From NCBI RefSeq assembly GCF_044324875.1, contig NZ_CP172185.1: a stretch of DNA of 64,000 nt; one strand, written 5' to 3'. The DNA comes from Escherichia coli. Lineage in GTDB: Bacteria > Pseudomonadota > Gammaproteobacteria > Enterobacterales > Enterobacteriaceae. This document shows positions 38,759-48,883 of the stretch, in pieces. The notes beneath the pieces are model-generated. The model did no database searches. It worked only from the letters and a program-made list of their open reading frames with translations, and was not told the origin of the DNA. Numbering within the stretch: the first letter of the stretch is position 1; each line of letters starts with the position of its first letter. A program made the translations under genes and the position numbers.

Positions 38759-40423
38759 ATGTGTTCAATTTTTGGCGTATTCGATATCAAAACAGACGCA
38801 GTTGAGCTGCGTAAGAAAGCACTCGAGCTGTCACGCCTGATGCGTCATCGTGGCCCGGACTGGTCCGGTATTTATGCCAGCGATAACGCCATTCTCGCCC
38901 ACGAACGTCTGTCCATTGTTGACGTTAACGCGGGGGCGCAACCTCTCTACAACCAACAAAAAACTCATGTGCTGGCAGTAAACGGTGAAATCTACAACCA
39001 CCAGGCATTGCGCGCTGAATATGGCGATCGTTACCAGTTCCAGACCGGGTCTGACTGTGAAGTGATCCTCGCGCTGTATCAGGAAAAAGGGCCGGAATTT
39101 CTCGACGACTTACAGGGCATGTTTGCCTTTGCCCTGTACGACAGCGAAAAAGATGCCTACCTGATTGGTCGCGACCATCTGGGGATCATCCCACTGTATA
39201 TGGGCTATGACGAACATGGTCAGCTGTATGTGGCCTCAGAAATGAAAGCCCTGGTGCCGGTATGCCGCACGATTAAAGAGTTCCCGGCGGGGAGCTATTT
39301 GTGGAGTCAGGACGGCGAAATCCGTTCTTATTATCATCGCGACTGGTTCGACTACGATGCGGTGAAAGATAACGTGACCGACAAAAACGAGCTGCGTCAG
39401 GCACTGGAAGATTCCGTTAAAAGCCATCTGATGTCTGATGTGCCTTACGGTGTGCTGCTATCTGGTGGCCTGGATTCCTCAATCATTTCCGCTATCACCA
39501 AGAAATACGCAGCCCGTCGCGTGGAAGATCAGGAACGCTCTGAAGCCTGGTGGCCGCAGCTGCACTCCTTTGCTGTAGGTCTGCCGGGTTCACCGGATCT
39601 GAAGGCAGCCCAGGAAGTGGCAAACCATCTGGGCACTGTGCATCATGAAATTCACTTCACTGTACAGGAAGGTCTGGACGCCATCCGCGACGTGATTTAC
39701 CACATCGAAACCTATGATGTGACCACTATTCGCGCTTCAACACCGATGTATTTAATGTCGCGTAAGATCAAGGCGATGGGCATTAAAATGGTGCTGTCCG
39801 GTGAAGGATCTGATGAAGTGTTTGGCGGTTATCTTTACTTCCACAAAGCGCCGAATGCCAAAGAACTGCATGAAGAGACGGTGCGTAAACTGCTGGCCCT
39901 GCATATGTATGACTGCGCCCGTGCCAACAAAGCGATGTCAGCCTGGGGCGTGGAAGCACGCGTTCCGTTCCTCGACAAAAAATTCCTCGACGTGGCGATG
40001 CGCATTAACCCACAGGATAAAATGTGCGGTAACGGCAAAATGGAAAAACACATCCTGCGTGAATGTTTTGAAGCGTATCTGCCTGCAAGCGTGGCCTGGC
40101 GGCAGAAAGAGCAGTTCTCCGATGGCGTCGGTTACAGTTGGATCGATACCCTGAAAGAAGTGGCGGCGCAGCAGGTTTCTGATCAACAGCTGGAAACTGC
40201 CCGCTTCCGCTTCCCGTACAACACACCGACCTCAAAAGAAGCGTATCTGTACCGGGAGATCTTTGAAGAACTCTTCCCGCTTCCGAGCGCCGCTGAGTGC
40301 GTGCCGGGCGGCCCGTCCGTCGCGTGTTCTTCCGCTAAAGCGATTGAGTGGGATGAGGCGTTCAAGAAAATGGACGATCCGTCTGGTCGTGCGGTTGGCG
40401 TTCACCAGTCGGCGTATAAGTAA
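38759..40423 (+). CDS. asnB: Asparagine synthetase B (glutamine-hydrolysing)
   Basis: ORF 38678..40423; start MCSIFGV (N-terminal Cys nucleophile) gives 554 aa; SGGLDSS PP-loop motif. Confidence 0.95.
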   Translation: MCSIFGVFDIKTDAVELRKKALELSRLMRHRGPDWSGIYASDNAILAHERLSIVDVNAGAQPLYNQQKTHVLAVNGEIYNHQALRAEYGDRYQFQTGSDCEVILALYQEKGPEFLDDLQGMFAFALYDSEKDAYLIGRDHLGIIPLYMGYDEHGQLYVASEMKALVPVCRTIKEFPAGSYLWSQDGEIRSYYHRDWFDYDAVKDNVTDKNELRQALEDSVKSHLMSDVPYGVLLSGGLDSSIISAITKKYAARRVEDQERSEAWWPQLHSFAVGLPGSPDLKAAQEVANHLGTVHHEIHFTVQEGLDAIRDVIYHIETYDVTTIRASTPMYLMSRKIKAMGIKMVLSGEGSDEVFGGYLYFHKAPNAKELHEETVRKLLALHMYDCARANKAMSAWGVEARVPFLDKKFLDVAMRINPQDKMCGNGKMEKHILRECFEAYLPASVAWRQKEQFSDGVGYSWIDTLKEVAAQQVSDQQLETARFRFPYNTPTSKEAYLYREIFEELFPLPSAAECVPGGPSVACSSAKAIEWDEAFKKMDDPSGRAVGVHQSAYK

Positions 40424-40437
40424 GAAATGCGGTACTG

Positions 40438-40463
40438 CCCCGGAGAAATCCGGGGCTGTTTTA
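40438..40463. terminator. Hairpin between convergent asnB and the 145-aa ORF
   Basis: ccccgg-agaaat-ccgggg followed by ctgtttta. Confidence 0.55.
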
Positions 40464-40464
40464 G

Positions 40465-40902
40465 TTATTGAGCTGCTTGTTGATTCTGATATGCAGTAAG
40501 GAAATGTTCCGGGTTTGCCACATCACTGTTTGACAACTCATCACTGTAGGCCACCGACCAGGTCGCCTGCTCATCCGGAATATGCAGGCTGCCATTCCCC
40601 TCTTTCAGGCGTAATAACTCAAAAGATTTGCCCTTAATTACGGCGGTATAGGATTTTTCACCTTCCTGTAATGCTTTCACTTTACAGCGAAAAATATGGC
40701 CATCGATGTCATTATCAACATGCGATACCTGAATGAGGGCTTCATTAGAGGCTTTCGGCCCTATCCGCATCATCCACACCACAGCGCCTTCCTGCCCACG
40801 ATAGCCAAAAACATATTTACCGATTTCCGGTTTGACCGTATCGGCAAACGCAGATTGCATAAGTAATAACGCACCCATCAGCGCCGTCATAAAACGCAGC
40901 AT
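40465..40902 (-). CDS. Hypothetical exported protein (145 aa, signal peptide)
   Basis: N-terminal MLRFMTALMGALLLMQSAFA-DT signal peptide; no family recognised. Confidence 0.55.
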   Translation of the reverse strand: MLRFMTALMGALLLMQSAFADTVKPEIGKYVFGYRGQEGAVVWMMRIGPKASNEALIQVSHVDNDIDGHIFRCKVKALQEGEKSYTAVIKGKSFELLRLKEGNGSLHIPDEQATWSVAYSDELSNSDVANPEHFLTAYQNQQAAQ

Positions 40903-41165
40903 AGTATTCCCTCAATAAATCGCCTGAAGTGGTAGCAGAGATGCAGGCGTAGCGATCCCTGCCCTGTCCTGTTGCAACGGGCCAGTATTTCATAGATTAA
41001 TTTCCCACCACTATTGTTGAATTCCGAATTTCATCCTGTATGACAAAAGAATGGCTGTAGGGTGGGAAAAAAACACAAAGTAAACAATAATTGACGAATA
41101 TAGCGCCACGCTGTTCGCAACCTAACCAAACAGTCACTTTCGAGCAATTTTCCTTGAAAAAGAGG

Positions 41166-41194
41166 TTGACGCTGCAAGGCTCTATACGCATAAT
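41166..41194 (+). promoter_or_regulatory. Promoter of the tRNA operon (sigma70 -35 TTGACG, 17-bp spacer, -10 CATAAT, GC-rich discriminator)
   Basis: ttgacgctgcaaggctctatacgcataatgcgcccc about 45 bp upstream of the first tRNA. Confidence 0.5.
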
Positions 41195-41235
41195 GCGCCC
41201 CGCAACGCCGATAAGGTATCGCGAAAAAAAAAGAT

Positions 41236-41312
41236 GGCTACGTAGCTCAGTTGGTTAGAGCACATCACTCATAATGATGGGGTCACAGGTTCGAATCCCG
41301 TCGTAGCCACCA
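41236..41312 (+). tRNA. metT: tRNA-Met (elongator, anticodon CAU)
   Basis: 77-nt cloverleaf ggctacgtagctcag...ccacca with anticodon loop ctCATaa. Confidence 0.9.
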
Positions 41313-41321
41313 TCTTTTTTT

Positions 41322-41406
41322 GCGGGAGTGGCGAAATTGGTAGACGCACCAGATTTAGGTTCTGGCACCGCAAGGTGTGCGAGTTCAAGTCTCGCCTCCC
41401 GCACCA
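41322..41406 (+). tRNA. leuW: tRNA-Leu (anticodon UAG)
   Basis: 85-nt class II tRNA gcgggagtggcgaaattggtagac... with long variable arm; anticodon TAG. Confidence 0.9.
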
Positions 41407-41429
41407 TTCACCAGAAAGCGTTGTACGGA

Positions 41430-41504
41430 TGGGGTATCGCCAAGCGGTAAGGCACCGGTTTTTGATACCGGCATTCCCTGGTTCGAATCCAGGTACCCCA
41501 GCCA
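41430..41504 (+). tRNA. glnU: tRNA-Gln (anticodon UUG)
   Basis: 75-nt tggggtatcgccaagcggtaaggcaccggtttTTGata... Confidence 0.9.
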
Positions 41505-41519
41505 TCGAAGAAACAATCT

Positions 41520-41596
41520 GGCTACGTAGCTCAGTTGGTTAGAGCACATCACTCATAATGATGGGGTCACAGGTTCGAATCCCGTCGTAGCCACCA
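41520..41596 (+). tRNA. metU: tRNA-Met (elongator, anticodon CAU), second copy
   Basis: Identical in sequence to the first tRNA-Met. Confidence 0.9.
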
Positions 41597-41644
41597 AATT
41601 CTGAATGTGTCGAATGCGTTCGGCAAATTCACAAACCAATTTGT

Positions 41645-41719
41645 TGGGGTATCGCCAAGCGGTAAGGCACCGGATTCTGATTCCGGCATTCCGAGGTTCG
41701 AATCCTCGTACCCCAGCCA
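41645..41719 (+). tRNA. glnV: tRNA-Gln (anticodon CUG)
   Basis: 75-nt tggggtatcgccaagcggtaaggcaccggattCTGatt... Confidence 0.9.
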
Positions 41720-41724
41720 CATTA

Positions 41725-41750
41725 AAAAAGCTCGCTTCGGCGAGCTTTTT
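41725..41750 (+). terminator. Rho-independent terminator of the tRNA operon
   Basis: agctcgc-ttcg-gcgagct stem followed by ttttt. Confidence 0.8.
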
Positions 41751-41774
41751 GCTTTTCTGCGTATATTCAATGTC

Positions 41775-41865
41775 GAATGCGATGTTGACTCGTCTTATCC
41801 TTCAAAGTCGGATGCGACGCTGACGCGTCTTATCCGACCTACGGTTGGCATGCATCCGGCAATGT
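41775..41865. repeat. REP units between the tRNA operon and ubiF
   Basis: gtcgaatgcgatgttgactcgtcttatcc / gtcggatgcgacgctgacgcgtcttatccgacctac REP palindromes. Confidence 0.7.
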
Positions 41866-41872
41866 TGTAAGG

Positions 41873-43048
41873 CTACAACCCTAACGCATATTTCAGCGCC
41901 TGACGTTTCAACATGCCAGCACGCTCCGCCGCCATCAAACCAAGATTACGCACAAAACGCAGTGGTGGCAGATTATTGCTGAATCCGGCATAAAACAGAT
42001 CCATACCGCTCTGCATAATGAAGTTATCCGCCATGCGCCGCATCTGGTAACGCTTGAGGATCGGATAACTGGCCCACGCTTCGCCATGGCTGCGAGCGTT
42101 GACCAGAACGTCAATCAGGGCATCGACATCACGATAACCAAGATTCACCCCCTGCCCCGCCAGCGGATGGATGGTATGCGCGGCATCGCCCACCAGTGCC
42201 AGTCCCGGCTGCACATACTGCAACGCATGGCGGCGCGTCAGCGGAAAAGCGCCAGCGGCAAGCGGTGTTACATACCCAAGACGTGACGGGAAATGCTTCG
42301 CGATTTCCGCCTGTAGCTGCGCCATATTCATATTCTGCAACTGGCGAATGCGTGCCGGAGAGTCATACCACACCAGCGATGCCCAGTTATCAAACAACGG
42401 CAGAAACGCACGAGGTCCATCCGGGGTAAATTGCTGCCAGGTGCTGTCGCCGGGATCGTTCTCACACTGTACGCTAATCAACATACACGACTGTGCATAC
42501 TGCCAGGCATGAACGCCAATTCCCGCCATCTGCCGCACCTGCGAATTTGCGCCGTCGGCACCAATCACCAGCTTCGCGCGGATCGTTTCACCGCCCTTCA
42601 GTTCCAGCTCCTGAAGATCATTATGGCGATGCAGCGCAATCAGCGAGCCTGGCACACGTAACGTTACTTTCGGATGCGCTTCCAGCGCCTGCCACAGCGC
42701 CTGTTGCAGGACAGTGTTTTCCACCATGTAGCCAAGCAGCGGTAGCTTAAGTTCAGCGGCGTCAAACACCACATGCGCCGTTTCCCACTCCCACGTTTCC
42801 AGTCTGCGGTAAGGATGGCAACGCATAGCCTGTACCGCGTCCCAGACGCCTAAACCTTTAAGCAATGATACCGAAGCCGCACTGATCGCCGAGATCCGCA
42901 CGTCCGGCTGGCTGTCAGCGACAAACGGTGCAGGTTGGGCATGTTCGATAACCATTACCGAAAATCCGTGCTGAGCCAGTCCCAGCGCCAGTGCGCCGCC
43001 GACCATTCCTCCGCCGACAATGGCAATTTCCGTTGGTTGATTTGTCAT
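41873..43048 (-). CDS. ubiF: Ubiquinone biosynthesis flavin-dependent hydroxylase
   Basis: ORF 41873..43054; FAD-binding motif IVGGGMVGGALAL at the N-terminus. Confidence 0.9.
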   Translation of the reverse strand: MTNQPTEIAIVGGGMVGGALALGLAQHGFSVMVIEHAQPAPFVADSQPDVRISAISAASVSLLKGLGVWDAVQAMRCHPYRRLETWEWETAHVVFDAAELKLPLLGYMVENTVLQQALWQALEAHPKVTLRVPGSLIALHRHNDLQELELKGGETIRAKLVIGADGANSQVRQMAGIGVHAWQYAQSCMLISVQCENDPGDSTWQQFTPDGPRAFLPLFDNWASLVWYDSPARIRQLQNMNMAQLQAEIAKHFPSRLGYVTPLAAGAFPLTRRHALQYVQPGLALVGDAAHTIHPLAGQGVNLGYRDVDALIDVLVNARSHGEAWASYPILKRYQMRRMADNFIMQSGMDLFYAGFSNNLPPLRFVRNLGLMAAERAGMLKRQALKYALGL

Positions 43049-43193
43049 GGTCAATCATCCTGTTAGCAATATGCTTTAAGTTTACAGGATTTTTACCCCC
43101 AAGGGCTGATAACGCTCATACTGGTCACAACGGCAGCAAAGCATTACACTATGCGCCCTGCATTCCTGGCTACTATTTCGCAAGAGCAAGTCG

Positions 43194-44618
43194 ATGACCA
43201 AAAAACTCCATATTAAAACCTGGGGCTGTCAGATGAACGAGTACGATTCATCGAAGATGGCCGATCTGCTGGATGCCACCCACGGCTATCAACTGACCGA
43301 CGTGGCGGAAGAAGCGGATGTGCTGCTGCTGAACACCTGCTCAATCCGCGAGAAGGCTCAGGAAAAAGTCTTCCATCAGTTGGGTCGCTGGAAACTGTTA
43401 AAAGAGAAGAATCCAGACCTGATTATCGGCGTCGGCGGCTGCGTGGCATCGCAAGAAGGCGAGCACATTCGCCAGCGCGCCCACTATGTCGATATTATTT
43501 TTGGGCCGCAAACGCTGCACCGCCTGCCGGAGATGATCAACTCCGTGCGCGGCGACCGCAGCCCGGTTGTAGATATCAGCTTCCCGGAAATCGAGAAGTT
43601 TGACCGTCTGCCGGAACCGCGTGCCGAAGGGCCGACCGCGTTTGTCTCCATCATGGAAGGCTGCAATAAATATTGCACCTACTGCGTAGTGCCTTACACC
43701 CGTGGTGAAGAGGTAAGCCGTCCGTCCGACGATATTCTGTTTGAGATTGCCCAACTTGCTGCTCAGGGCGTGCGTGAAGTTAACCTGCTCGGCCAGAACG
43801 TGAACGCCTGGCGCGGTGAGAACTACGACGGCACCACCGGATCGTTTGCCGATCTACTGCGTCTGGTTGCTGCGATCGACGGGATCGATCGTATTCGCTT
43901 TACCACCAGCCATCCGATCGAATTCACCGACGATATCATCGAAGTGTACCGCGACACGCCGGAGCTGGTGAGCTTCCTGCATCTGCCGGTACAGAGCGGT
44001 TCCGATCGCATTCTGAACCTGATGGGACGTACCCATACAGCGCTGGAGTACAAAGCGATCATCCGTAAACTGCGTGCGGCGCGTCCGGATATTCAGATCA
44101 GTTCTGACTTCATCGTTGGCTTCCCTGGTGAAACCACCGAAGACTTCGAGAAAACGATGAAGCTGATTGCCGACGTCAATTTCGACATGAGCTACAGCTT
44201 TATCTTCTCTGCACGTCCGGGTACGCCAGCCGCCGATATGGTTGATGATGTTCCGGAAGAAGAGAAGAAGCAGCGTCTGTATATTCTACAAGAACGTATT
44301 AATCAGCAAGCGATGGCATGGAGCCGCCGGATGCTCGGCACCACCCAGCGTATTCTGGTAGAAGGTACATCGCGTAAGAGCATCATGGAGCTTTCCGGTC
44401 GCACTGAAAATAACCGCGTGGTCAACTTCGAGGGCACACCGGATATGATCGGTAAATTCGTCGATGTAGAAATTACCGACGTCTACCCGAACTCTCTGCG
44501 CGGTAAAGTGGTGCGAACTGAAGATGAAATGGGTCTGCGCGTGGCAGAAACACCGGAATCGGTGATTGCCCGTACCCGCAAAGAAAACGACCTTGGCGTG
44601 GGTTATTATCAGCCGTAA
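43194..44618 (+). CDS. miaB: tRNA (i6A37) methylthiotransferase, radical SAM
   Basis: 474 aa; radical-SAM CxxxCxxC (CNKYCTYC) plus N-terminal MTTase cysteines. Confidence 0.95.
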
Positions 44619-44623
44619 TTCTC

Positions 44624-44655
44624 AGGCCCGCCGTTCCGGTGGGCCTTGTTTTTTC
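44624..44655 (+). terminator. Hairpin plus T-run after miaB (terminator/attenuator)
   Basis: ggcccgccgttccggtgggcc followed by ttgttttttc. Confidence 0.5.
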
Positions 44656-44770
44656 TCTCTTTATCCCCATCTTTATCGCAATGCTTGCGCCTTTTTCCTG
44701 TGGCGTGAATAATTTCCTTATAGGCCGGTGAATGTTCAGCTTCCGGCGGCATACAGATAAGAGGAACGGT

Positions 44771-45811
44771 TTGAACATAGACACTCGCGAAATCACCCTG
44801 GAGCCAGCAGACAACGCGCGTCTGTTGAGCCTGTGCGGCCCGTTTGATGACAACATCAAACAACTCGAACGCCGTCTCGGCATCGAGATCAATCGCCGCG
44901 ATAACCACTTTAAACTGACCGGCCGTCCGATTTGCGTCACCGCTGCGGCAGACATTCTGCGTAGCCTGTATGTCGATACCGCCCCGATGCGCGGTCAGAT
45001 TCAGGATATTGAACCGGAACAGATCCACCTTGCGATTAAAGAAGCGCGGGTACTGGAGCAAAGCGCGGAGAGCGTGCCGGAGTACGGCAAAGCGGTCAAT
45101 ATCAAGACCAAACGCGGCGTAATCAAACCGCGCACGCCAAACCAGGCGCAGTACATTGCCAATATTCTCGACCATGACATCACCTTCGGCGTTGGCCCGG
45201 CGGGTACGGGTAAAACCTACCTGGCAGTGGCTGCGGCAGTTGATGCCCTGGAGCGTCAGGAAATTCGCCGTATTCTGCTGACTCGTCCGGCGGTAGAAGC
45301 CGGTGAGAAACTGGGCTTCCTGCCTGGCGATTTAAGCCAGAAAGTAGACCCGTATTTGCGCCCGCTGTACGACGCGCTGTTTGAAATGCTGGGCTTTGAG
45401 AAAGTCGAGAAACTGATTGAGCGCAACGTTATTGAAGTCGCGCCGCTGGCCTATATGCGTGGCCGTACGCTGAACGACGCGTTTATCATTCTCGATGAGA
45501 GCCAGAACACTACCATCGAACAGATGAAGATGTTCCTGACCCGTATCGGTTTTAACTCAAAAGCGGTTATCACCGGCGACGTCACGCAGATCGACCTGCC
45601 GCGTAATACCAAGTCAGGCTTACGTCATGCCATCGAAGTGCTGGCTGACGTCGAAGAGATCAGCTTTAACTTCTTCCACAGCGAAGACGTGGTTCGTCAC
45701 CCGGTGGTGGCGCGTATCGTTAACGCTTATGAAGCCTGGGAAGAAGCAGAACAAAAACGTAAAGCGGCGCTGGCAGCAGAACGCAAGCGCGAAGAACAGG
45801 AACAAAAATGA
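44771..45811 (+). CDS. ybeZ: PhoH-like ATPase
   Basis: ORF 44732..45811; probable TTG start ([10 protein letters not shown]) gives 346 aa; Walker A GPAGTGKT. Confidence 0.85.
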
Positions 45812-46275
45812 GTCAGGTGATCCTCGATTTACAACTGGCATGTGAAGATAATTCCGGGTTACCGGAAGAGAGCCAGTTTCAGACATGGCTGAATGCGGTG
45901 ATCCCGCAGTTTCAGGAAGAATCGGAAGTGACGATTCGCGTGGTCGATACCGCCGAAAGCCACAGTCTGAATCTGACCTATCGTGGTAAGGATAAGCCGA
46001 CCAACGTGCTCTCCTTCCCGTTTGAAGTACCGCCTGGCATGGAAATGTCGCTACTGGGCGATCTGGTTATCTGCCGTCAGGTGGTTGAGAAGGAAGCACA
46101 GGAGCAAGGCAAACCACTGGAGGCGCACTGGGCGCATATGGTGGTGCACGGCAGTCTGCATTTGTTAGGTTACGATCACATCGAAGATGACGAAGCAGAA
46201 GAAATGGAAGCCCTCGAAACAGAGATTATGCTTGCTCTGGGCTATGAGGATCCGTACATTGCCGAGAAAGAATAA
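45808..46275 (+). CDS. ybeY: Endoribonuclease YbeY (16S rRNA maturation)
   Basis: 155 aa; metalloprotease-like motif [11 protein letters not shown]; start overlaps the ybeZ stop. Confidence 0.95.
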
Positions 46276-46364
46276 TTTGCCAGGCATTTGACTGGCAGAC
46301 GTCCCCGCCGTTGGTGATTAACGACGGCGTTTTGATTAACTAACATGAGAACCCATACGACGCC

Positions 46365-47243
46365 ATGAGCGACGACAATTCACACAGTAGTGACACGATA
46401 AGCAACAAGAAGGGATTTTTCTCCCTGTTACTCAGCCAACTTTTCCACGGTGAACCGAAAAACCGTGACGAACTGCTGGCGCTGATCCGTGATTCCGGGC
46501 AGAACGACCTTATCGACGAAGATACGCGCGATATGCTCGAAGGGGTGATGGACATCGCAGACCAACGCGTCCGCGACATCATGATCCCCCGCTCCCAGAT
46601 GATTACCCTGAAACGCAACCAGACGCTGGACGAATGCCTTGATGTCATCATCGAGTCCGCCCACTCACGTTTCCCGGTGATTAGCGAAGACAAAGATCAC
46701 ATTGAAGGGATTCTGATGGCGAAAGACTTGCTGCCGTTTATGCGCAGCGATGCTGAAGCCTTCAGCATGGACAAAGTGTTACGTCAGGCGGTTGTCGTTC
46801 CTGAAAGTAAGCGCGTAGACCGGATGCTGAAAGAGTTTCGCTCTCAGCGTTACCACATGGCGATCGTCATTGACGAATTCGGTGGGGTTTCCGGTCTGGT
46901 GACCATTGAAGACATCCTGGAACTGATTGTTGGTGAGATTGAAGACGAGTATGACGAAGAAGATGATATCGACTTCCGTCAACTTAGCCGCCACACCTGG
47001 ACCGTGCGCGCACTGGCTTCCATCGAAGATTTCAACGAAGCGTTCGGCACCCACTTTAGCGATGAAGAGGTTGACACTATCGGTGGTCTGGTGATGCAGG
47101 CATTTGGGCATCTTCCGGCGCGTGGCGAAACCATCGACATCGACGGTTACCAGTTCAAAGTGGCGATGGCCGACAGTCGGCGTATTATTCAGGTTCATGT
47201 CAAAATCCCGGATGACTCACCCCAGCCGAAGCTGGATGAATAA
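46365..47243 (+). CDS. corC: Magnesium/cobalt efflux protein CorC (CBS domains plus CorC_HlyC)
   Basis: 292 aa. Confidence 0.9.
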   Translation: MSDDNSHSSDTISNKKGFFSLLLSQLFHGEPKNRDELLALIRDSGQNDLIDEDTRDMLEGVMDIADQRVRDIMIPRSQMITLKRNQTLDECLDVIIESAHSRFPVISEDKDHIEGILMAKDLLPFMRSDAEAFSMDKVLRQAVVVPESKRVDRMLKEFRSQRYHMAIVIDEFGGVSGLVTIEDILELIVGEIEDEYDEEDDIDFRQLSRHTWTVRALASIEDFNEAFGTHFSDEEVDTIGGLVMQAFGHLPARGETIDIDGYQFKVAMADSRRIIQVHVKIPDDSPQPKLDE

Positions 47244-47267
47244 AACCGAAACTGGATAGATAACTAC

Positions 47268-48806
47268 ATGGCTTTTGCCTCATTAATTGAACGCCAGCGC
47301 ATTCGCCTGCTGCTGGCGTTATTATTCGGTGCCTGCGGAACGCTGGCCTTCTCTCCTTGCGACGTCTGGCCTGCGGCGATTATTTCGCTGATGGGGCTTC
47401 AGGCGCTGACCTTTAACCGCCGTCCACTCCAGTCTGCCGCTATTGGCTTTTGCTGGGGATTTGGTCTCTTTGGCAGCGGTATTAACTGGGTCTATGTCAG
47501 CATCGCGACTTTTGGCGGAATGCCTGGCCCGGTTAACATCTTCCTGGTGGTGCTGCTGGCGGCGTATTTGTCGCTGTATACCGGACTGTTTGCTGGCGTG
47601 CTGTCGCGTCTGTGGCCGAAAACCACCTGGCTGCGCGTGGCGATTGCCGCCCCTGCTCTCTGGCAAGTGACCGAGTTTCTGCGCGGTTGGGTGCTGACCG
47701 GCTTCCCGTGGTTACAGTTCGGCTATAGCCAGATTGATGGCCCGTTAAAAGGGCTGGCACCGTTAATGGGCGTGGAAGCCATTAACTTCCTGCTGATGAT
47801 GGTTAGTGGCCTGCTGGCACTGGCGTTGGTCAAACGCAACTGGCGTCCGCTGGTGGTGGCCGTCGTGCTGTTCGCTCTTCCCTTCCCGCTGCGTTACATC
47901 CAGTGGTTCACCCCGCAACCGGAGAAAACCATTCAGGTTTCGATGGTTCAGGGCGATATTCCGCAATCACTGAAATGGGACGAAGGCCAGCTTCTTAATA
48001 CGCTGAAGATTTACTACAACGCAACGGCACCGCTGATGGGCAAATCATCGTTGATTATCTGGCCGGAGTCGGCGATAACCGATCTGGAAATTAATCAGCA
48101 ACCGTTCCTCAAAGCACTGGACGGTGAGTTGCGCGATAAAGGTAGCTCGCTGGTCACCGGGATTGTCGACGCGCGTCTCAATAAGCAGAACCGCTACGAT
48201 ACCTACAACACCATCATCACGCTGGGGAAAGGTGCGCCGTACAGCTACGAATCAGCCGATCGCTATAACAAAAACCATCTGGTGCCGTTTGGCGAGTTTG
48301 TCCCGCTGGAGTCGATTCTGCGTCCGTTAGCGCCGTTCTTTGATCTGCCGATGTCGTCGTTCAGCCGTGGGCCATATATCCAGCCACCGCTGTCGGTAAA
48401 CGGTATTGAGCTTACTGCGGCTATTTGCTACGAGATCATTCTCGGCGAGCAAGTGCGTGATAACTTCCGCCCGGATACCGACTACCTGCTGACCATCTCC
48501 AACGATGCGTGGTTTGGTAAATCTATTGGTCCATGGCAACACTTCCAGATGGCGCGAATGCGTGCGCTGGAGCTGGCGCGCCCGCTGTTGCGTAGCACCA
48601 ATAACGGTATTACGGCGGTGATTGGCCCGCAGGGGGAGATTCAGTCGATGATCCCGCAATTCACCCGCGAAGTGTTAACCACTAACGTGACACCGACCAC
48701 CGGACTCACACCATACGCACGTACCGGCAACTGGCCGCTGTGGGTACTGACGGCACTGTTTGGTTTTGCCGCTGTGTTGATGAGTCTGCGAGCACGTAAA
48801 CGTTAA
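47268..48806 (+). CDS. lnt: Apolipoprotein N-acyltransferase
   Basis: 512 aa; N-terminal membrane domain plus nitrilase-like CN-hydrolase domain. Confidence 0.95.
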   Translation: MAFASLIERQRIRLLLALLFGACGTLAFSPCDVWPAAIISLMGLQALTFNRRPLQSAAIGFCWGFGLFGSGINWVYVSIATFGGMPGPVNIFLVVLLAAYLSLYTGLFAGVLSRLWPKTTWLRVAIAAPALWQVTEFLRGWVLTGFPWLQFGYSQIDGPLKGLAPLMGVEAINFLLMMVSGLLALALVKRNWRPLVVAVVLFALPFPLRYIQWFTPQPEKTIQVSMVQGDIPQSLKWDEGQLLNTLKIYYNATAPLMGKSSLIIWPESAITDLEINQQPFLKALDGELRDKGSSLVTGIVDARLNKQNRYDTYNTIITLGKGAPYSYESADRYNKNHLVPFGEFVPLESILRPLAPFFDLPMSSFSRGPYIQPPLSVNGIELTAAICYEIILGEQVRDNFRPDTDYLLTISNDAWFGKSIGPWQHFQMARMRALELARPLLRSTNNGITAVIGPQGEIQSMIPQFTREVLTTNVTPTTGLTPYARTGNWPLWVLTALFGFAAVLMSLRARKR

Positions 48807-48883
48807 TGTGCCTGATGTATCCGGCATAAACAAAACATACTTTCTCTTTGAGCTGTGGGGCGTGATTATCATGCCCCTTTTTC

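Noticed and set aside
46340-46693. 117-aa minus-strand ORF
   Set aside because: Antisense overlap with the corC 5-prime region. It has a serine-rich low-complexity translation and is a shadow ORF.
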